Source: Octopus sinensis (taxonomy: Eukaryota). From it: a stretch of DNA of 6,259 bases. A program made the position numbers and the translations under genes. The notes under the pieces are model-generated. The model ran no database searches. It saw only the letters and a list, made by a program, of their open reading frames with translations, and was not told the origin of the DNA. The number at the start of each line of letters is the position of its first letter. Within the stretch, counting starts at the first letter, position 1. Shown here in pieces: positions 1 through 6,259 of the stretch. The stretch is from NCBI RefSeq assembly GCF_006345805.1, contig NW_021829860.1:1-6259 (forward strand). The letters run 5' to 3'.

Positions 1-135
1 CATACATACATACATACGTACATACATACATACATACATACATACCATACATACATAATACATACATACGTACATACATACATACATACGTACATACATA
101 CATACATACATACATACATACATACATTTACATAC
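1..135. repeat. (CATA)n microsatellite with CGTA variant units, runs off the window start
   Basis: Direct reading: catacatacata... with occasional cgta units and small indels. Confidence 0.97.
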
Positions 136-224
136 CCTGGTGTTGATGAAAGAGCCTTGGATCAGGGTTAGAAACCGGCTCTTTCTCTAATGGTAAGAAA
201 TCTTAAAATAAAACTGAATAATGA
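134..224 (+). other. ~90-bp non-repetitive island between microsatellites; possibly the 3' end of a retroposon
   Basis: Two interleaved complementary pairs (134-141/161-168 and 148-156/177-185) and AATAAA at 207-212, running directly into a (CA)n tract. The retroposon 3'-end assignment is inference. Confidence 0.35.
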
Positions 225-225
225 C

Positions 226-261
<36 letters not shown>

Positions 262-273
262 ACACACACACAC
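225..273. repeat. (CA)n microsatellite
   Basis: Direct reading. Confidence 0.97.
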
Positions 274-334
274 TTAGTGATATCTCTAAATACACAAGTT
301 GCTTTCCGAGATGTCACAATATCGAAGTCTCGTT

Positions 335-600
335 AAACTACAAACGCCTTTACCCTATGTTGGAAAGGGAGAAGAGCTCCCCATACGGTTGTTTCTTGGT
401 GGGATGAGTTCTCCAAGATATGCTTAAGACTGCTCTTAACATTTGGATGTTAATTCTAGCTAGCTTGTATTCCATTTTTTTTTTTTTGCTGTAAGCGTCC
501 AGGCTGTTGTTCCATACAAAAGGACTGACTCTACGGCTGCAGGGGAAAACTTCCTCTCAAATTTGTCTGACAGGATTGATTCCCAGGCAACATCCAGACA
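335..600 (-). mobile_element. Decayed non-LTR retrotransposon fragment, RTE-clade-like, region C-terminal to the RT core
   Basis: Manual minus-strand translation: CLDVAWESILSDKFERKFSPAAVESVLLYGTTAWTLTAK, frameshift in T13 at 475-487, then MEYKLARINIQMLRAVLSISWRTHPTKKQPYGELFSLSNIG*RRL*F. This matches the RTE-type pattern W.S.L....K...F.A.VESVLLYG.E.WTLT......LD..YTRMLR..LNISW..H.T...LYG.LP....IR.RRLRF as I recall it. Confidence 0.82.
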
Positions 601-798
601 ACACCAGACATTTTATATACGAAAGACATTCATTTTAGAAAAATGACGTAATTATGAAATCAGGGTAATGAAAAGTGGTTAAGATGAACCAGACAGAGTT
701 GAAATGAGGGGGAGAAAACATGTTAGAGATATTGCAGACATTTCATTATTTACGTTTCAAGAATCTTTTCGAGATTATTTTCATCAGATGAAATATAC

Positions 799-914
799 GT
801 GTGTGTGTGAGTGTGTGTGTGTGTGTGTGTTGTGTTGTGTGTGTGTATGTGTGTGTGTTTGTGTGTGTGAGAGAGAGAGAGAGTGTGTGTGTGTCTGTCT
901 GTCTGTGTGTGTGT
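799..914. repeat. Compound (GT)n/(GA)n/(GTCT)n microsatellite
   Basis: Direct reading. Confidence 0.96.
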
Positions 915-930
915 AAGTGACTTATGTTGA

Positions 931-1089
931 ATAGATGGATGGATGGATGAATGGGGTTGGATCAATCGATTAATGGATCAATGGATGGACTGGTGGAATG
1001 GGTCGATGGATTGATTGGTTTACTGCAGGATTAATGGCTGGCTGGCTGGCTGGATGGCTGGATGGATGGATGGATGGATGGATGGACGG

Positions 1090-1125
<36 letters not shown>

Positions 1126-1545
1126 ATGGATGGATAGATGGATGGATGGTTGGATAGACAGATGGATAGATGGATGGATGGAAGGCTGGATGGATGGTTG
1201 GATGGATGGATGGATGGATGGATGGATGGATGGATGGATGGATGGATGGATGGATGGATAGACAGATGGATAGATGGATGGATGGAGGATGGATGGATGG
1301 ATGGATGGTTGGATAGATAGATGGATAGATGGATGGATGGATGGAAGGAACGAGGGAGGAAAGGAGGAATGAATGGATCGACCGGTGGATCGATCGATCG
1401 ATAGGTGGATGGAATGGTGAATAAAACGATGTGTGGGTGGGTGGATGGAAGGATAGAAGGATCGAATCAATGAGTGGGAGGGTGAACAAATCGATGAGGG
1501 ATGGGTGGATGGGTGGGTGGATGGGTGGTGGATGGGTGGAGGTGG
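931..1545. repeat. (GGAT)n microsatellite; purest core ~1060-1343, flanks degenerate into GGCT, AGAT, CGAT and GGGT units
   Basis: Direct reading; accounts for the MDGW / IHPS ORFs. Confidence 0.96.
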
Positions 1546-1726
1546 AATGAAGAAGGGAGGACTGAGGAAGGAATGAGAAGTAGAAAGATGTGAGATGTGG
1601 GGTGGAGGTGAGAGAGAAGATAAGAGAGACGACGGTGTGAGGGCGTTTGAGCGAAACGGTCGTTACGTAACAACCAAAATGGAAGTAAAAAACGGTGACT
1701 AAAGCCTACCACAGAAGATCCAACAC

Positions 1727-1828
1727 CCAAACAAAAACAACAAAAAAAGGGTAATTACAGAAACAAAAACATGGAAAAAAACAGAAGCTAAGCTGCCACA
1801 AAAAACAACAACTACAGCAACAACAACA
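1727..1828. repeat. A-rich / (CAA)n low-complexity tract
   Basis: caaaacaaaaacaacaaaaaaa ... caacaactacagcaacaacaac. Confidence 0.7.
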
Positions 1829-1934
1829 TTTAATGTTTAACAGATGATAAGTGTAGACGTGCGAGGATGAGTGTTGTTCCTTATTTAAATGACACCGCAA
1901 ACACCACGGGATTGTCAATATACTTGTCTCTTCT

Positions 1935-2250
1935 GTCTGTGTGTGTGTCAGCGTGTGTTGTGTGTGTGTTGTGTGTGAGAGTGTGTGAGTGTGTGAGTGT
2001 GTGTGTTTCTGTGTGTGAGTGTGTGTGTGAGTGTGTGTGTGTGCGTGAGTGTGTGTGCGTGAGTGTATGTGGGTGTGCGTGAGTGTGTGTGTTTGCGTGA
2101 GTGTGTGCGTGAGTGTGTGTGTGTGAGTGTGTGTGTGTGCGTGTGAGTGTGTGTGGGAGTGTGTGTGTCTGTGTGTCTGTGTGAGTGTGTGTGCGTGAGT
2201 GTGTGTGTGAGTGTGTATGTGTGTGTGCGTGTGTGTGTGTGTGTGTGTGT
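1935..2250. repeat. Long (GT)n microsatellite with GTGA/GTGC variant units
   Basis: Direct reading. Confidence 0.97.
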
Positions 2251-2400
2251 ACAGCTGGAGGAGGTTTTCCTAGTCTACACCCAAGAGAGAAGAGAAGAAA
2301 AAAACGTGGGAATATTGGAACGAGGGGAAGACGGCAAAGAAGCGAAATAAAGAGCGTGGGTTGATTGACATAAGTTGAAGTTAATAGATGCTTGTGGACG

Positions 2401-2520
2401 TACACACATACATACGTACGTACACACATACATACATACATACATACATACATACATACATACATACATACATACATACATACATACATACATACATACA
2501 TACGTACGTACGTACGTATG
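2401..2520. repeat. (CATA)n/(CGTA)n microsatellite
   Basis: Direct reading. Confidence 0.96.
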
Positions 2521-3369
2521 TAGAAATAAATGTCGTTCAAGTTGAAATCCTTGCATTCACTTTTATACCAAGTTTAATTCTCATAAGCACTACTATTATA
2601 ATATTCTATACGGATATTCTATACGGAGAATATCTGGATCTCATCTATGAACTATACATACATACATACATACATACATACATACATAAATACATACATA
2701 CATACATACATACATACATACATACATACATACATACGTACGTACATACATACATACGTACGTACGTACGTACATACATACATACATACATACATACATA
2801 CATTCATACATACATTCATACATACTACATACACACATACATACATACATACATACACACACACAACACATACATACATACATACATACATACATACATA
2901 CTCTACATACATACATACATACATACACCACACACACATCATACATACATACATAACACACATACATACATACATACTAGAAATAAATGTCGTTCAAGTT
3001 GAAATCCTTATATTTACTTCTAAACCAGCTCAAGTTTAATTCTCATGAGCACTACTATTATAATATTCTATAACGGATATTCTATACGGAGAATATCTGG
3101 ATCTCATCTAGACTATACATACATACATACATACATACATATCATACTACATAAATACATACATACATACATACATACATACATACATACATACATACAT
3201 ACGTACGTACATACATACGTACGTACGTACGTACGTACACATACTACATACATACTACTACATCCATTCATACATATTCATCATACCTACATACACACAT
3301 ACATACATACATACATCCACAACCACACATACATACTCTACATACATACATACATACATACATACACAT

Positions 3370-3400
<31 letters not shown>

Positions 3401-3583
3401 TACATACATACATACATACACACATACATACATACATACGTAGAAATAAATGTCGTTCAAGTTGAAATCCTTATATTTACTTCTAAACCAGCTCAAGTTT
3501 AATTCTCATGAGCACTACTATTATAATATTCTATACTAATATTCTATTCGGATATTCTATTCGGATATTCTATACGGATATTC
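2521..3583 (+). repeat. Tandem repeat, ~460-bp period: three ~135-bp blocks (starts 2521, 2978, 3441) separated by ~325-bp (CATA)n arrays (2655-2977, 3116-3440)
   Basis: TAGAAATAAATGTCGTTCAAGTTGAAATCCTT occurs exactly at 2521, 2978 and 3441 (spacing 457 and 463). The two arrays share ordered variant landmarks. Confidence 0.95.
3526..3583 (+). repeat. 13-bp minisatellite ATATTCTAT(A/T)CGG, ~4.5 copies
   Basis: Units at 3526, 3539, 3552, 3565 and a partial unit at 3578; blocks 1 and 2 have only 2 units. Confidence 0.9.
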
Positions 3584-3660
3584 AAATGGCAATTGCCGGA
3601 CGATTTCTAAATATTCTAAGTCGTAGTGGAAACGCGACCTATGTTTCAAATAGGTATACG

Positions 3661-3843
3661 AATATTCTTTTCTACTCTTGGAACAAGGCCCGAAATTTTA
3701 GATCGACCCCAGTACGCAACTGGTACTTAATTTATCGAACCCGAAAGGATGGAAGGCAAAGTCGACCTGGGTGGAATTTGAACTCAGAACGTAAACACAG
3801 ATGAAATGCCGCTAAGCATTTCGTCCGGCGTGCTAATGTTTCT
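3661..3843 (-). mobile_element. tRNA-derived SINE, copy A: lacks the first ~14 nt and has a different 3' tail from copies B/C
   Basis: Aligns with copy C from the head (AGAAACATTAGCACG) through the B box GAGTTCAAATTCC (3773-3785) and central domain to GGGGTCGAT, then ends ...AAAATTTCGGGCCTTGTTCCAAGAGTAGAAAAGAATATT. Confidence 0.85.
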
Positions 3844-4028
3844 TATTTCTTTATTACCCACAAGGAGCTAAACATAGAGGGGACAAATAAGGACAGACAA
3901 AAGGATTAAGTCTATTACATCGACTCCCAGTGCGTAACTGGTACTTAATTTATCGACCCCGAAAGGATGAAAAGGCAAAGCCGACCTCAGCGGAATTTGA
4001 ACTCAGAACGTAACGGCAGACGAAATAC
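3844..4028 (-). mobile_element. tRNA-derived SINE, copy B: lacks the first ~48 nt including the A box
   Basis: Near-duplicate of 4029-4214 (period ~186 bp); B box at 3992-4004; tail ...CCTTGTGGGTAATAAAGAAATA. Confidence 0.88.
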
Positions 4029-4262
4029 CTATTTCTTTACTACCCACAAGGGGCTAAACACAGAAGAAACAAACAAGGACAGACAAAGGGATTAAGTCGA
4101 TTACATCGACCCCCAGTGCGCAACTGGTACTTATTTAATCGACCCCGAAAGGATGAAAAGGCAAAGTCGACCTCGGCGGAATTTGAACTCGGAACGTAAC
4201 GGCAGACGAGATACGGCTACGCATTTCGCCCGACGTGCTAACGTTTCTGCCAGCTCGCCACC
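4029..4262 (-). mobile_element. tRNA-derived SINE, copy C, full length, probably carrying a Meta-domain-like central region
   Basis: Minus strand starts GGTGGCGAGCTGGCAGAAACG, with an A-box-like TGGCAGAAACG (4242-4252) and B box GAGTTCAAATTCC (4178-4190). The central GCCTTTTCATCCTTTCGGGGTCGATTAAATAAGTACCAG resembles the MetaSINE/Sauria-SINE conserved domain as I recall it. GTCGAT-N3-ATCGAC hairpin at 4096-4110. Confidence 0.88.
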
Positions 4263-5770
4263 TTAATATACTTCTGATGGGGGGAATGCCCCCCAACATC
4301 AGCCAGCTTGAAAGTAACATCATTTCATGAATGTCACACCGTGGTCAAAATCAGTCAGAATCTCCGTTGGATCTCACGAAAATGTTCATGGTACAAATAA
4401 TATTGTACCTGACCCGGTGCAACATCATAAACCTCTGTTTCATTAATCACATGGAATTGACCCACAAAGTAAAGGCAGCACCAATGATTCCCCCAGACCA
4501 TAACGTAAAAGTAAAAGAACTAACAACCTTTGGTGCAAGGCAAATCAAAGATGTATACCGCGTAGAAAACACCAAACTTTATCCAACCAGGATTTGTATA
4601 ACGCTGACTGAGAAAATAGTTCAAAGAGAGTTTCTTTATGCAAGTTGTTGACATGAAACTGGAAGAATATATGTCAATAATACAAGCCATATGTATTAAA
4701 TTTATCAGAGAGAAGAGCTGATACACGCAAAAATATTATTCCTTGAGAGAGGGAAGACGTTATGAGATGAAGAATAAAGATCTTAAATCGCTTAAATAAA
4801 CAACTTAATGACAGTGAGAAGTCCCTCTTAAAGAAAGAGCACTTTTAGAAATAAAAAAAAAGTCAGATTCTTCCATTAAAAGAAGAGGGGAGAAAGAGGA
4901 GCCAGGGCAATGGAATGTATAAAAACAAACCCCACGGGCTTCAAATAATTTAGGAAAGGATCTATCTTATTACGTTGCGAGTCACTGTTTGAAGAAAATG
5001 GCTCGGTCACTGCAGACCAATGAAACGATAAACTGAATGCTGAATAAACAGTTTCCGAAGTGTTTTTACTTCCCGACTGGGAGACATGCAAATAAATGAG
5101 TCTGATATGTTCTCAGCATCGCAGCTGTGCGCAGGGAAGATGTAACCATCGATTACATCGACATAGGTGAAGAGAACGTAATATCAGCCATTGATGAGAC
5201 GAACTTGAATTCAGCTCTGGGTCTTGGAATGATCCTTTTAAAGAGTTACAAAAAGCCTCTGATGAAAAGCACTGCAAATACGTTTGCAGAGATTCTTTAT
5301 ATGTGTGGTGTGGAGGCGCAATGGCCCAGTGGTTAGGGCAGCGGACTCGCGGTCGTAGGATCGCGGTTTCGATTCCCAGACCGGGCGTTGTGAGTGTTTA
5401 TTGAGCGAAAACACCTAAAGCTCCACGAGGCTCGCGGCAGGGGATGGTGGTGATCCCTGCTGTACTCTTTCACCCCAAACTTTCTCTCCTCTTACTCTTA
5501 CTTCCTGTTCTGTTGTACCTGTATTTCAAGGGCCGGCCTTGTCACTCTCTGTGTCATGCTGAATATCCCCGAGAACTACGTTAAGGGTACACGTGTCTGT
5601 GGAGTGCTCAGCCACTTACACGTTAATTTCACGAGCAGGCTGTTCCGTTGATCGGATCAACCAGAACCCTCGTCGTCGTAACCGACGGAGTGCTTCCATC
5701 CATTATATGTGTGGTAAACTTCCCAAAACCATTTGAAGGTATATATCCATAAAGAAGAAACGACAGCATG
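4263..5770 (+). mobile_element. Decayed CR1/L2-group LINE ORF2 remnant (APE endonuclease C-terminus, linker, approach to the RT domain), interrupted by a SINE at 5310-5702
   Basis: Ordered, co-oriented peptide remnants with stops and frameshifts: NILLMGG at 4265 (position of the GDFN motif); MVQIILYLTRCNIINLCFINHMELTHKVKAAPMIPPDHN (cf. QII..PTR..NILDL.FTN...SDHN); AMECIKTNPTGF at 4907-4942 (cf. IK.NPK.FY); MLNKQF/SVFT from 5037 (cf. LN.QF.SVFT); ENVISAIDETNLNSALG (cf. V...I..L....A.GPD); GKLP at 5713 and IHK after the SINE. End coordinates are approximate. Confidence 0.8.
5310..5702 (+). mobile_element. Full-length tRNA-derived SINE (second family, 393 bp) with a 13-bp target-site duplication
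   Basis: A box TGGCCCAGTGG (5322-5332); B-box-like GGTTTCGATTCC (5365-5376); short CCATCCA tail; perfect TSD TTATATGTGTGGT at 5297-5309 and 5703-5715. Confidence 0.93.
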
Positions 5771-5894
5771 AGTGACCCCAGGAAGTCATTGTAGGGTTAT
5801 TAAATGGTGCAGTGGTTCTATACTGACAAGAAGGAGCTACTCACACTCAGGTCCTCTTTTCGCACTTTATTCAAGAAGTTAACATAAGGTTGTA

Positions 5895-6112
5895 CAAGGG
5901 GCGGGGGGGGAGTTCTTGGCTTTGGATAAAAAGAAAATACAGGAGGATCAGTTAATTATGATTTTATTCGACATATTCACCCCTCAGATTCTCACACTTA
6001 TTGCAACGGTCCTTCAGTTTTTCTAAGCCCAGTCAAAGAACTCGGAAGGTCGGGCCTACAGCCAGGCCTTTCGCGACACCCTTAAAGCCAAGAACTTTTC
6101 AGCGGCCCTTCG
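5895..6112 (-). mobile_element. Mariner (Tc1/mariner)-derived non-autonomous element/MITE, 218 bp
   Basis: TA at both flanks (5893-5894, 6113-6114). 29-bp imperfect TIRs at 5895-5923 and 6084-6112 match at 21/29, with the inner 13 bp AGTTCTTGGCTTT perfect. Minus strand 6029-5964 reads GLEKLKDRCNKCENLRGEYVE*, like the mariner transposase C-terminus (GI.KL..RW.KC....G.YVE). Confidence 0.9.
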
Positions 6113-6115
6113 TAC

Positions 6116-6140
6116 GTGTATGTGTGTGTGCGTGTGTGTG
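6116..6140. repeat. Short (GT)n tract abutting the MITE TA site
   Basis: Direct reading. Confidence 0.9.
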
Positions 6141-6181
6141 TATTTTCATATATCAAAATAAACGAATTAATTGGTATTTAT

Positions 6182-6228
6182 ACACACACCCTCACGCGCA
6201 ACGCACACACACACACACACACACACAC
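6182..6228. repeat. (CA)n tract abutting the second MITE TIR
   Basis: Direct reading. Confidence 0.9.
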
Positions 6229-6259
6229 GTTTGGGTACTGAAAAGTTCCTGGCTTTAGG
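6228..6259. mobile_element. Terminal inverted repeat of a second element of the same mariner family, cut by the window end
   Basis: CTGAAAAGTTCCTGGCTTT (6238-6256) matches the reverse complement of 6084-6102 at 18/19. Confidence 0.8.

Noticed and set aside
1630-2400. Non-repetitive islands (1630-1725, 1830-1930, 2251-2400) as possible exons or enhancers
   Set aside because: No convincing splice signals or recognisable peptide; cannot be supported without conservation or RNA data.
704-3443. Many ORFs up to 219 aa (CVCV, THTH, MDGW, IHPS, YIHT, MYVC repeats)
   Set aside because: They are translations of stop-free microsatellites, open on both strands in several frames.
2521-3583. CRISPR-like alternation of a conserved block and a variable spacer
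   Set aside because: Blocks of ~135 bp and spacers of ~325 bp of mutually homologous microsatellite; no cas genes; eukaryotic context.
4274-4302. Hairpin CTGAT-G6-AATG-C6-AAC-ATCAG just upstream of the SINE trimer
   Set aside because: It lies in the decayed LINE endonuclease frame and depends on homopolymer runs; no ribozyme core or U-tract.
3508-4323. ORFs 3508-3804 (+) and 4135-4323 (-)
   Set aside because: Chance frames crossing minisatellite, SINE and LINE boundaries.
5149-5162. 14-nt match TCGATTACATCGAC to the SINE hairpin at 4097-4110
   Set aside because: The flanks do not align and it reads in frame in the LINE remnant (IDYID); treated as coincidence.
5259-5290. CTGATGA followed by the stem CTGCAAA-TACG-TTTGCAG (hammerhead-like)
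   Set aside because: No GAAA after the stem and no stems I/III; it is within the LINE coding remnant.
5312-5385. Possible tRNA gene
   Set aside because: No convincing acceptor or anticodon stem; it continues into a SINE body bounded by a TSD.
4520-6258. ORFs 4520-4726 (-), 4876-5091 (-) and 6001-6258 (+)
   Set aside because: Antisense to the LINE or mariner remnants, or running through microsatellites; no recognisable product.

Overview
Non-coding, repeat-dense animal DNA with no intact protein-coding gene. The repeat families are ones I recall from coleoid cephalopod (Octopus-like) genomes; this is an inference, not a search result. The left ~3.5 kb is mostly microsatellite ((CATA)n, (CA/GT)n, (GGAT)n). 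It also holds a decayed RTE-clade LINE fragment (335-600, minus) and a ~460-bp-period tandem repeat (2521-3583) whose middle copy is a recombinant of the outer two. The right ~2.6 kb is a pile-up of transposable elements: a head-to-tail trimer of tRNA-derived SINEs (3661-4262, minus); a decayed CR1-like LINE ORF2 (~4263-5770, plus) interrupted by a full-length tRNA-SINE with a 13-bp TSD; a 218-bp mariner-derived MITE; and a second TIR of that family at the window edge. The supplied ORFs are microsatellite read-throughs, chance frames or TE remnants. I find no convincing new gene system. The best leads are a possible H-type pseudoknot at 134-185, the SINE multimer junctions, the chimeric tandem repeat and an inverted MITE-end/microsatellite arrangement.
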